53,428 nt of DNA from an uncultured Verrucomicrobiales bacterium (lineage in GTDB: Bacteria > Verrucomicrobiota > Verrucomicrobiia > Limisphaerales > UBA1100): NCBI GenBank assembly GCA_913048135.1, contig CAJWVY010000002.1:1-53428 (forward strand). The letters run 5' to 3'. Position numbers and translations under genes: made by a program. The notes beneath the pieces are model-generated. The model saw nothing but the letters and a program-made list of their open reading frames with translations. It had not been told where the DNA came from and searched no databases. Shown piece after piece: positions 17,901-26,835 of this stretch. Position 1 is the stretch's first letter. Each line of letters starts with the position of its first letter.

Positions 17901-19055
17901 CTAGTTCAGGATCATGTTGCGCCGCAAAAAAGTGGGCACATCGAGATCCTCGCCATCATGGAGGTTTGGCTCGCCCTTGTCAAAGCGCCCCTTGGAGATC
18001 GGCACGAGCGGCAGTTGTTGTTGCTGAAAATCACGGGTGGAGGCCGGTTGATTTCTGACCGGTTTGGGCATGGAAATTTGCAGAGGTTCTGGCTTTGGAG
18101 CGACGGGCAAAACCGTCTTCACCGGCATACGCGGCATCAACACCATCGCTCCCATTCCCTTGCCCATGGCGTTATCCACATGAACACCGAGGATCACCTT
18201 CGCTCGAGCCATCGTTGCCTTGAGGTGCGCCACAAACTCATCCACCTCCTCCATGGACATGGATTCATCTCCCACCAAACTCACGATCAATCCCTCGCAA
18301 TTGCGAAGCTCCGAACCTGTGTTCAAATATGGATGCTTCAGGATCGCCTCCAGCAACGCCCTTGGCCGGGCGTCGCCTGCCACCTCAACTGTGACCAAAC
18401 TGCTTTCCCCATGGTAGCCCGTCATCAAACGGCGTACGTGCGCAAAATCCACATTCAGTTCTCCATCCGCCCGCGCCAACCGGCCCAGTCCCATCAAGGC
18501 CTCCAATACGTGCCCATTAGCAGCTTCCATACATTCGGCTACCGAGGCGCCTTTACCCAACGTTTCCATCACGTTTTGGTTGGGCATACGCACCACCGTA
18601 TCCGCCACTTGCGTTAAACGGTTCACCGCAATTTGAGCCATTTCATTGTGGCCCTCCAAATCAAAGGGCTCTATGGCAAGGGCCACCACCAACGCTCCTC
18701 CTTCGGAGGCGATTTCAGCCACCACCGGTGCCCCACCGCCACCCATGCCGCCGCCCATGCCGGCAACAATGACCACGAGATCCGCTCCCATGAGCTTGCC
18801 CGCAATCCGATCGCGCGCGGCCCGCACACAATTGGCGCCTTCGCCTTCATCACCGCTGCAGCCCCAGCCGCGGCGGTTCGTTTCGCCCAATTGAACCCGT
18901 TCGGCGATTTGGCAGCGTTGCAGCTGTTCGCAGTCCGAATCCAACGCCAAAAAACTCGACGCCGGAAATCCGGCCGCCGCCACGCGATCCAGCAAGCGCA
19001 GACCGGCGCAGCCCACGCCCACCATTTTCACGCAAAAGTTGGATTCAGGATTCAT
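17901..19055 (-). CDS. ftsZ: Cell-division protein FtsZ (divergent; nucleotide-binding motifs degenerate)
   Basis: Last gene of the dcw cluster, 6 nt after ftsA. The tubulin/FtsZ fold text is alignable to E. coli FtsZ (AGMGGG.G.G.APVVAEIA, EPFDLEG, NVDFAHV). The C-terminal peptide DLDVPTFLRR matches the conserved FtsA-binding tail. Confidence 0.8.
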   Translation of the reverse strand: MNPESNFCVKMVGVGCAGLRLLDRVAAAGFPASSFLALDSDCEQLQRCQIAERVQLGETNRRGWGCSGDEGEGANCVRAARDRIAGKLMGADLVVIVAGMGGGMGGGGAPVVAEIASEGGALVVALAIEPFDLEGHNEMAQIAVNRLTQVADTVVRMPNQNVMETLGKGASVAECMEAANGHVLEALMGLGRLARADGELNVDFAHVRRLMTGYHGESSLVTVEVAGDARPRALLEAILKHPYLNTGSELRNCEGLIVSLVGDESMSMEEVDEFVAHLKATMARAKVILGVHVDNAMGKGMGAMVLMPRMPVKTVLPVAPKPEPLQISMPKPVRNQPASTRDFQQQQLPLVPISKGRFDKGEPNLHDGEDLDVPTFLRRNMILN

Positions 19056-19061
19056 CGCTCG

Positions 19062-20261
19062 CTAATTGGTCAGCCAACCCAGCAGACCTTTTCGTTGATG
19101 CGCCCGGGCCCGCACTTGGCGCGCTCCAAACTTCACCAGCCCCATGGCCGCCGTGCATTCGGGTTGATGCAGCAATCCGCCCTCGTGCGCTTCCTCTGTT
19201 TCGTGTGGCAAACAAACATCCAATTCAAACATCTGTTGAGCCAGAAGATTGATCTGAGGCAGACGAGCCCCGCCGCCGGTTAACAGCACACTGCCGTTGA
19301 TACGGCGCAACAACCCGTGTTTGTCCAGATCAGCGCGGATGAGCTGAAACAACTCGTCCAGCCGCGCGTGCATGATTTGCTGAATGTGCCCCACGCTCAC
19401 CTGTTTATCATCCAATCCCACGTCACTGGCGAAATTCACCGCCCGACGCGACACGCGTGGATCCGGGACAGCGCTGCCATGCTCAAGCTTGAGGCGTTCG
19501 GCCCGTGTCTGGGAAAGCTTCATGCCCACCGCCAAATCATTGGTCACATGCTCGCCCCCCACTGCCAACACTCCCGTGTGGCACATGGCGCCGCCCAAAT
19601 AAACCGAATACTCCGTCGTACCCGCGCCCAAGTCGATCATCAGTGCCCCTTGTTCGCCCAGTTGCGAAGTGAGGATAGGTAAGGCGGCCACGCGGCCATT
19701 GAAGGCCACATCCTCCACATCAATGCCCAATCCTTTTACCACGCGCACCGGGTTTTGAATGCGGGTGCGTTGGCCGCAAACCACATGGACATCCACCTCC
19801 AGCTTGGAAGCCACGCGGCCCACCGGCTGCTGCACATCATCCTGACCATCCACCCGGAAATGCTGGCGCACAGTGTGCAGCACCTCTTCATCCGCCGGCA
19901 ATTGAGGCTGCGCACCGCGCACCACGCGGCTGACATCCTCATCATCAATCTCGCGCCCCACCGAGGCAATCGGATGCGCTCCGCGATTATTGAAGCCCTT
20001 GATGTGCGCTCCGGTCACTCCAAGATAAACACTCCCAATTTCAATGTCCGTTTGCTGCTCGGCTTCATTCAGGGCGGCGCGTACCGCGTCCTCGGCCACT
20101 TCCGCATTGATGATCTCCCCTTTGCGAACCGCCCCGGCGGTGGGCGATTGCCCTAGGCCGATCACGTGCAGCCCTTCGTCCTCGCTTAATTCGCCGACCA
20201 CCGCGCATACTTTGGCTGTGCCAATCTCCAGACCCACGATGATTTCAGTGCGGTCGAACAT
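19062..20261 (-). CDS. ftsA: Cell-division protein FtsA
   Basis: Actin-fold start IVGLEIGTAKVCAVVGE. DLGAGTTE phosphate-2 motif. LTGGGA. C-terminal amphipathic tail KGLLGWL. Confidence 0.9.
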   Translation of the reverse strand: MFDRTEIIVGLEIGTAKVCAVVGELSEDEGLHVIGLGQSPTAGAVRKGEIINAEVAEDAVRAALNEAEQQTDIEIGSVYLGVTGAHIKGFNNRGAHPIASVGREIDDEDVSRVVRGAQPQLPADEEVLHTVRQHFRVDGQDDVQQPVGRVASKLEVDVHVVCGQRTRIQNPVRVVKGLGIDVEDVAFNGRVAALPILTSQLGEQGALMIDLGAGTTEYSVYLGGAMCHTGVLAVGGEHVTNDLAVGMKLSQTRAERLKLEHGSAVPDPRVSRRAVNFASDVGLDDKQVSVGHIQQIMHARLDELFQLIRADLDKHGLLRRINGSVLLTGGGARLPQINLLAQQMFELDVCLPHETEEAHEGGLLHQPECTAAMGLVKFGARQVRARAHQRKGLLGWLTN

Positions 20262-20264
20262 GAA

Positions 20265-21176
20265 TTACTCGGGGCGCGTGCGGCTGGCCAGAGCCCATTT
20301 TACAGGCAGATTGTTTTTGATGGATAAATCAGCGGTCGCAATGGCGCGTTGATGTTGGCGGCCCAAATCATGGATTTGCCGCCAGCGGCTCAGTTGCCGA
20401 TCCAGTCCATGCAACGCCAGCGTCATTCGACCGCCCTGCCAGGTCACCACCTCCAGAGTCTCGCGACGGGATACATCGATCTGCCGCAAATGCGCCAAAC
20501 CTGCCATTGGCGACAGATCAAATTGTCGAATTAATTCCAGCGCCGCCGAAAGTTGTGGCGATTCAATCTCGCGACCGGGCATCAATTCCGCCTGGCTCAA
20601 GCCCACGATCAGCGGCATCCATTTGGGCGGCGCATCCCGTGTGGTCAGCTTGGGATCAATTGGTGGGATCACTACCCCTTTGCCATCGATCCAATACCGC
20701 ACCCGGCGCAGGTCTCCATCGCCCTGTTGTTTGTAGCCGATCACCTGAGCCAACGGTCGCCGCTCGGTAATGCGCAGGCGCAGGGTCTCCGGCAACACGC
20801 GATCCACCGCCGCGGTTTCGATCAGTGGCACCATTTCGAGATCGCGTTTCACCCGTTGCAAATCCAGACCGAATAAATTGTCGCCCTTTTGCACTCGCGC
20901 CCATGTCTGGATCTGGCTGGTCTGAATGACGCCGTCGGTGCGGATATCCACCGAGCGCACGGAAAAATGGTCGTTCTGATAAAAGCCCGATTTCAGCAGC
21001 CAACCGCCGCCATGCCACACTCCCACAAACAACGCCACCGCACCCAGCACAAATCCGGCGGTGCGCGCCGCCCAACGCAGGCGTTGTTGGCGCACTTTTT
21101 CAGCCGGCAAATCCACGTTCAACAACGTGTATCGTTGATGTCCGCGTCGGTTGCCTTGGTGTCGTTTTCCCCACAT
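20265..21176 (-). CDS. ftsQ: Cell-division protein FtsQ (TM plus POTRA)
   Basis: N-terminal basic region, a TM helix (FVLGAVALFVGVW), POTRA-like FSVRSVDIRTDGVIQ...LDLQRVKRDLEMVPLIETAAVDRVLPETLRLRITER, and its position between ddl and ftsA. Confidence 0.8.
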   Translation of the reverse strand: MWGKRHQGNRRGHQRYTLLNVDLPAEKVRQQRLRWAARTAGFVLGAVALFVGVWHGGGWLLKSGFYQNDHFSVRSVDIRTDGVIQTSQIQTWARVQKGDNLFGLDLQRVKRDLEMVPLIETAAVDRVLPETLRLRITERRPLAQVIGYKQQGDGDLRRVRYWIDGKGVVIPPIDPKLTTRDAPPKWMPLIVGLSQAELMPGREIESPQLSAALELIRQFDLSPMAGLAHLRQIDVSRRETLEVVTWQGGRMTLALHGLDRQLSRWRQIHDLGRQHQRAIATADLSIKNNLPVKWALASRTRPE

Positions 21177-21178
21177 GA

Positions 21179-22081
21179 CTAGTTTCGGCGCAGCGCCAGC
21201 TCCAGCATTCGCTGACAGAGCGCATTAAAATCCATTCCCGCCACCGCGGCCGCTTTGGGCAGTAAACTTGTTTCGGTCATACCCGGTAGCGTGTTGACCT
21301 CCAAAATATACGGCTTGGACTCCGCATCCAGCATGACATCCACTCGGCCAAAATCCCTTGCCCCAACCACCTCAAAAGCGCGCAGTCCCAAAGCCTGCAC
21401 TTGCGCGGTGACCTCATCGGGCAAATCGGCCGGGCAAAAATAATCGGTGGCTCCGGGGGTGTATTTGTTTTCGTAATTGTATCCACCCGCCTTGGGCCGC
21501 ACTTCCACCACCGGCAATGTGTCTCCATCCAGAATCCCCACCGTCAACTCGCGCCCTTGAATACATTCCTCACACAAGACCGCCCCGCCATGCTGCAGCG
21601 AATCCGCCAACGCCGTGTCCCACTCGGTCTCGTCCTCGACGCGGTTCAAGCCCACGCTGGATCCCTGCGCCGCCGGCTTGAGAATCCATGGGGCAGGAAT
21701 GGAGTCGGGCGGTGTGGAGGTTGGAGAATCAATCAAAACTCCGCGCGGCGAAGCAACTTGGTTTTGCTGGAAGCGTTCCTTGCTGCGCGCCTTGTCAAAA
21801 GCCAAAGCACTGCCGGCCGCATCCGTGCCGGTGTAGGGCACGCCCAGTGTTTCCAACCGGGACTGCACCTGCCCATCCTCTCCATATTCGCCGTGCAACG
21901 CCAAGAACACCACCTCTGTTTTGGCCGGCAATCCCCATGATTCCCCGGCGGGATCCACCTCATCCACCCCATGCCCCAAGGCACGCAAGGCACGGGCTAC
22001 GGCCGCACCGGATCGTAATGAGACTTCCCGCTCCGCGCTCCTGCCCCCAAGCAGGACCGTTACCTGGAACTGGTTTACCAA
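21179..22081 (-). CDS. ddl: D-alanine--D-alanine ligase
   Basis: VTVLLGGRSAEREVSLRSG, LHGEYGEDGQVQ and ATP-grasp text VEVNTLPGMT. The start is TTG. Confidence 0.9.
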   Translation of the reverse strand: MVNQFQVTVLLGGRSAEREVSLRSGAAVARALRALGHGVDEVDPAGESWGLPAKTEVVFLALHGEYGEDGQVQSRLETLGVPYTGTDAAGSALAFDKARSKERFQQNQVASPRGVLIDSPTSTPPDSIPAPWILKPAAQGSSVGLNRVEDETEWDTALADSLQHGGAVLCEECIQGRELTVGILDGDTLPVVEVRPKAGGYNYENKYTPGATDYFCPADLPDEVTAQVQALGLRAFEVVGARDFGRVDVMLDAESKPYILEVNTLPGMTETSLLPKAAAVAGMDFNALCQRMLELALRRN

Positions 22082-22139
22082 ACCTCCTTGGCGTGAGTAT
22101 ACAAAAAAGGGGGTTCAGGACAATCCCGATATGCGGAAA

Positions 22140-24464
22140 TTATTCGCTTTCCGGCAGAGGCTCCCCCACCACCTGCACCTCGGTATGGAGGTCGATTCCG
22201 CGCTTAGTTTTCACGCGCTCCCGCACCTGCTCAATCAGCGCCAGCACATCATTTGCCGTGGCGGTGCCGTTATTGATGATAAAATTTCCATGGCGCTCGG
22301 AAACTATCGCACCGCCTACACGCAAGCCCTTAAGCCCACATTCATCGACCAATTTACCCGCCGACGTGGTCTCAGGATTCTTAAACATGCAACCGGCGCT
22401 ACGATTGTGCGGCTGGCTTTCAGTCCGTTGTTTTCGTAAGGCATCCATACGCGCCCGGACCTCTTCCCGGCCCTCCAATTCCCCACGCAACACCGCGCTC
22501 AGAGCAATGTGATCCCTTAAAACAGGACAACTCCGATACACCGCGCCCATTTCAAATCCCGGCCGTTCCTCGATCTGGCCATCACGCGTCATGAACCGCA
22601 CCGACTCCACCTGCTCAAATGTCTCTCCACCCCAAGCCCCCGCGTTCATTCGCAGTGCACCTCCCAGACAGCCTGGAATGCCCTCCAGAAACTCCAGCCC
22701 TGCTAGGCCGGCATCGCGCGCCGAATTGGCAATGTGGTTCAGGCGCGCCCCAGCTCCGCAATGCAAAACATTTTCCCGTACCTCGATTTGCGTAAACCCT
22801 TCGTGTCGCAGGCAAATTACAATCCCGCGAATGCCTCCTTCGCGAATCACCAGATTCGAACCCCGCCCGAGCAGAAACACCGGCACTTCATGGGTCGCAG
22901 CGTACCGCATCACTGCCGCCAAATCCGTTTCATTGGCTGGCGTGACCAAGACTTCTGCCGGTCCGCCGACTCCCAACGTCGTGCGCTTGGCCAGCGGTTC
23001 ATTTTCCAGCACCTCACTTTCCGTGCTCACCAATTCGCGCAATGCCTGTGCGTGGGTTGTGCCTGTCATGTGTAAATCCTTTGCCAATGCGTGTGCCACT
23101 TGCGTGATGTCGCCTGCGCCCAAAAACACCGCCACATCCCCCGGCTTCAGTGCCTGTCGCACTTTGTTTCGCAATAAATCCAACGTCGCCGCAAACGCAG
23201 CCGGTTGTCCGGTCGCCGCAATGGCCTCGACCAACCGCTGCCCATGAATATCCGCAATCGGTTCCTCGCTGGCTGCGTACACTTCGGTGATCCACAACAA
23301 ATCCGCCTCCCCAAAGCAGGAGGCAAATTCACTGAGCAAATGTTGCGTACGCGAATAACGATGCGGCTGAAACGCCACTAATAAACGCCCCGCACACTGC
23401 TCGCGTATCGCGCGCAATGTCGCCTCGATTTCCGCCGGATGATGGCCGTAATCATCAAAGATCCGGTAACGTTCGTCGCAGAACAGTTCCTGCTGTCGGC
23501 GGTCCGCTCCCTGAAACCCCTTCAGCGCTTCGCGAATGACGTCCGCCTCAAAGCCGTTGGCATGTAGAAACGCCACCACCGCCACGGCGTTGGAAATATT
23601 TTTCTCTCCCCACAATTTCAGCGAAAATTCCCCCAGCGCTTCACCAGCACACTCCACAGTAAACCGGCCTGATCCCCTCACCTCGGCCCGGTAATCGGCC
23701 GCTGGGTTAAACCCATAACTCACCGCCCGCGCGTGCCCGCCAAACAACTCCAGCAGGCACGCATCATCCGCACAAAAAATGAGTCGTCCATGAGTCTGCT
23801 CAGCAAAAGTCATAAACTCATCGCAAACCGCCTGGAAGTTGGCGAAATAATCCAAGTGCTCCTCATCAATGTTAAGCACGATGGCCTGTTCGGGATGAAA
23901 CTCCCGCAAGGTCCCGTCGCTTTCATCCGCCTCCACGGCAAACCAAGCCGAGGCATCCCCGCCCATTCGGGCCGAACGCCCCAATTGCGGCACCCCGGCA
24001 CCCACTGCGAACCCGGCCGGTGCCTCCAATTGCTCCAGCGCGTAAGCCAGCAATGCAGTCGTGGTGGTCTTGCCATGCATGCCCGCCACACAAACCGCCC
24101 GGCGTTGATGCGCCAATGCTGCCAACAACACCGCGCGGCGTACCAGAGGAATACCCAGCTGCTGAGCCAACGCCAGTTCCGGGTTATCCATGCGAATGGC
24201 CGAGCTATACACCACCAAGTCCGGCTGGGCCGCACGCAACTGTTCTGAGGCATGCCCTTCATGCACCACCGCCCCGCGTTCGCACAATAACCGCAAGCCG
24301 GCATGGTCACGCAGATCGGAGCCTTGAACCGCCAAACCGAGATCCAACAACAAATGCGCCAGCCCGCTCATCCCGCACCCTCCCGCGCCCACGAGATACA
24401 CCGAAGCACTCGGCTGCGCGTCCGCCAGCCATTGCTCCACCTGTTCGCGGGATAAACGGTTCAT
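22140..24464 (-). CDS. murC/murB: Fused UDP-N-acetylmuramate--L-alanine ligase (MurC, N-terminal about 470 aa) and UDP-N-acetylenolpyruvoylglucosamine reductase (MurB, C-terminal about 300 aa)
   Basis: Single 774-aa ORF. MurC motifs: VGAGGCGMSGLA, CVAGMHGKTTTTA. After ...AHALAKDLHM the text becomes MurB: PLAKRTTLGVGGPAE, FLLGRGSNLV, RSAGCMFKNP. The junction is near nt 23050. Confidence 0.85.
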   Translation of the reverse strand: MNRLSREQVEQWLADAQPSASVYLVGAGGCGMSGLAHLLLDLGLAVQGSDLRDHAGLRLLCERGAVVHEGHASEQLRAAQPDLVVYSSAIRMDNPELALAQQLGIPLVRRAVLLAALAHQRRAVCVAGMHGKTTTTALLAYALEQLEAPAGFAVGAGVPQLGRSARMGGDASAWFAVEADESDGTLREFHPEQAIVLNIDEEHLDYFANFQAVCDEFMTFAEQTHGRLIFCADDACLLELFGGHARAVSYGFNPAADYRAEVRGSGRFTVECAGEALGEFSLKLWGEKNISNAVAVVAFLHANGFEADVIREALKGFQGADRRQQELFCDERYRIFDDYGHHPAEIEATLRAIREQCAGRLLVAFQPHRYSRTQHLLSEFASCFGEADLLWITEVYAASEEPIADIHGQRLVEAIAATGQPAAFAATLDLLRNKVRQALKPGDVAVFLGAGDITQVAHALAKDLHMTGTTHAQALRELVSTESEVLENEPLAKRTTLGVGGPAEVLVTPANETDLAAVMRYAATHEVPVFLLGRGSNLVIREGGIRGIVICLRHEGFTQIEVRENVLHCGAGARLNHIANSARDAGLAGLEFLEGIPGCLGGALRMNAGAWGGETFEQVESVRFMTRDGQIEERPGFEMGAVYRSCPVLRDHIALSAVLRGELEGREEVRARMDALRKQRTESQPHNRSAGCMFKNPETTSAGKLVDECGLKGLRVGGAIVSERHGNFIINNGTATANDVLALIEQVRERVKTKRGIDLHTEVQVVGEPLPESE

Positions 24465-24513
24465 CGAGGTCTTTTCCTACGCCGTCGCCGACCACCTGTC
24501 CATGCGGCCTTCT

Positions 24514-25593
24514 TCACAATCGACGCAGAATTCTGTCGGCAATCTGCGTCGCGGATTCTGGCCGATCCAAGGCCGCCATGCCTTCGGCCATTTTTGCCCG
24601 GGTATGATCATCCTGCAACAGCTCCTCCACCACTCGAGCCAGTTCGCCGGAAGAAGTTACATGCTGCTCCAACACCTTCCCGCCACCCGCCGCAACCACC
24701 GCCGCCGCATTGGCGCGTTGATGGTCATCCGCGGAGTTGGGCAGTGGAATGAACACCGACGGCACACGCGCGGCAGCCAGCTCCGCAATCGAGGAAGCGC
24801 CGGCCCGGCTCACAGCCAGCGTGGCCGCTCCCAAGGCCTGCGGCATGTCCTTCAGGAATGCATGCACCTGCACCTCGTTAACCGCCCCAGCATACGCTGC
24901 ACGCACTTCAGCTTCATCCGTTGCGCCGCATACATGCAGCAGGGAAACTCCACGCCATTCGGTGGACGCGGCGGTGACCAGACGGTTTACCCCTCGCGCG
25001 CCCTGGCTGCCGCCGATCACCAACACCATCGGTTGATCCGACGGAAGCCCCAGAGCCTCGCGACTGGGGCGTTGATCCAATTCCCGAAAATCATCCCGCA
25101 CAGGCGTGCCGGTCACCTCCACATGGCTATTCCCAAAACGCTCTGCGGCAGGCGCCATGCCCACCAACACCTCATCAGCCCAGCGCGAAAGCAAACGATT
25201 GGCCCGACCGGGCACGGCATTGGATTCATGCAAAAACGTGGCCGCCCCCAATTTTCTACCCACCCAAACCGGGGCCGCAGAGGTGAAGCCGCCCATGGCC
25301 AACACAGCCTCCGGCCGGTCGTCCGCCATAGCCGTGCGCACCTGCCGCATCGCCGTTCGCAATCCAAACAGAAAACGCCATGGTCGCCGCCATTCCAAGG
25401 CCACGGCCGGAGTGCTTACATGTGCCAAATCCGGCACGGTCGCCACGGCTTTTTGATCAATGGCCTTGTTGGAAACCCAGAGGGTGACGCGTACATTTTG
25501 CTGCTGTAACGCACGAGCGACTGCCACGCCGGGAAAGAAATGCCCTCCCGTTCCACCACAGGCGATCGCCACATGAGGTTGGGAGGCAGCCAT
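24514..25593 (-). CDS. murG: Undecaprenyldiphospho-muramoylpentapeptide beta-N-acetylglucosaminyltransferase MurG
   Basis: ACGGTGGHFFPGVAVA N-terminal motif, about 359 aa, dcw position. Confidence 0.9.
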   Translation of the reverse strand: MAASQPHVAIACGGTGGHFFPGVAVARALQQQNVRVTLWVSNKAIDQKAVATVPDLAHVSTPAVALEWRRPWRFLFGLRTAMRQVRTAMADDRPEAVLAMGGFTSAAPVWVGRKLGAATFLHESNAVPGRANRLLSRWADEVLVGMAPAAERFGNSHVEVTGTPVRDDFRELDQRPSREALGLPSDQPMVLVIGGSQGARGVNRLVTAASTEWRGVSLLHVCGATDEAEVRAAYAGAVNEVQVHAFLKDMPQALGAATLAVSRAGASSIAELAAARVPSVFIPLPNSADDHQRANAAAVVAAGGGKVLEQHVTSSGELARVVEELLQDDHTRAKMAEGMAALDRPESATQIADRILRRL

Positions 25594-25598
25594 TTGGG

Positions 25599-26768
25599 TT
25601 AGGTGGAATCCGGCAGCAGCTCCCGCTGTTCGGGCACAAAGTCAGAGTTCCCCCACTCCGCTTCATCCGGCGAAGCCGACACATCGGTTTCGGATTGATC
25701 CGTTCGGGAATAGCTCGCAATGCTCAGTAATATTCCCACGCTCCCAAGCATCATCACCAAACTCGATCCTCCGTAGCTGATGAACGGCAGCGGCAATCCC
25801 TTGTTCGGCAAGGCGCTGGTCACCACACCGATGTTGATGAATGCCTGTAGGCCTATCAGAAACGTAATGCCCGTACCAAGAATCATGCCGAATCGATCCC
25901 GCGCATTCCACGCGATATACAGCCCGCACACCACGATCGCCATAAACGCCAGCACCACCCCGAGGCTAGCGATCACTCCAAGCTCTTCGCCGATCACGGA
26001 GAAGATAAAGTCCGTGTGATGTTCCGGCACGAACCCCAGCTTCTGACGGCCGTTACCCAATCCCAAACCGGTCGTCCCGCCTGAACCCAGAGCCAACATA
26101 GCTTGATAGGCCTGAAAGCCGGCCCCCTCGCGGTGTTGTTCCGGATGCAGGAACGCCATGATGCGATTACTGCGCACGGGATCGTTCATAATCGCCACCG
26201 CAATGGCCGCCGCTCCTGCGAGCATTGGCGGCACGATATATTTCCAGTTCGCTCCCGCCACAAACAGAAGGATGCAACACACCGCCGCCAATAACATGGT
26301 TGTGCCAAAGTCCGGCCCACAAAAGATCAAGCCCAGCGTCACCGCAATGGCCGCGCCCGGAATTACCAAGCCATACTTGAACTCCCGCATCCGCACAACA
26401 TGGCGTTCCCCCCAAAGCGCGAGCGCCATCAACAGCGAAATCTTGGCCAGCTCCGAAGGCTGAAAATTCATCGGCCCCAAGTCAAACCAACGTCGGGCTC
26501 CATTGAGCTTGAGACCGATTCCCGGGATGAGCACGAGCACCAACAGAATGAGTGTGAAGATAAACAGCGGGAAGGCGATTTTTTTGAACCACCGATAATC
26601 CATCACCGTGGCGGCAAAACAGGCCATCAAACCAAGCCCGCCCCACACCAACTGCATGCTGAGAAAGCGCGCGCCGCTTTGCGCCATGCCCGCGCTGTAG
26701 AGCATTACAATCCCCAACGCCAACAGGCCCGCTACACAGATGGCCAAAATGTTGGTGGCGTATCGCAT
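25599..26768 (-). CDS. ftsW: SEDS-family peptidoglycan polymerase FtsW
   Basis: The ATG at 26768 (MRYATNILAICVAGLLALGIVMLYSA) is preferred over the ORF-track start at 26885, which would overlap the upstream gene. SEDS text PEHHTDFIFSVIGEELG, LPNKGLPLPFISYGGSS. Confidence 0.85.
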   Translation of the reverse strand: MRYATNILAICVAGLLALGIVMLYSAGMAQSGARFLSMQLVWGGLGLMACFAATVMDYRWFKKIAFPLFIFTLILLVLVLIPGIGLKLNGARRWFDLGPMNFQPSELAKISLLMALALWGERHVVRMREFKYGLVIPGAAIAVTLGLIFCGPDFGTTMLLAAVCCILLFVAGANWKYIVPPMLAGAAAIAVAIMNDPVRSNRIMAFLHPEQHREGAGFQAYQAMLALGSGGTTGLGLGNGRQKLGFVPEHHTDFIFSVIGEELGVIASLGVVLAFMAIVVCGLYIAWNARDRFGMILGTGITFLIGLQAFINIGVVTSALPNKGLPLPFISYGGSSLVMMLGSVGILLSIASYSRTDQSETDVSASPDEAEWGNSDFVPEQRELLPDST

Positions 26769-26835
26769 GACCCAATCTGCCGAAAACCAAAAAAGATTGG
26801 GCGCGGAAACCCACGCCCAATCAGTTTGCCTGAAA

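Noticed and set aside
17901-19055. FtsZ-like gene as a pseudogene, or as a BtubA/B or FtsZ-like (FtsZl) paralog rather than true FtsZ.
   Set aside because: The 384-codon ORF is intact. It occupies the terminal dcw position immediately after ftsA and has the conserved C-terminal D-x-P-x-F-L-R-R peptide. BtubA/B are tubulin-like and occur with a kinesin-light-chain-like gene, which is not seen here.
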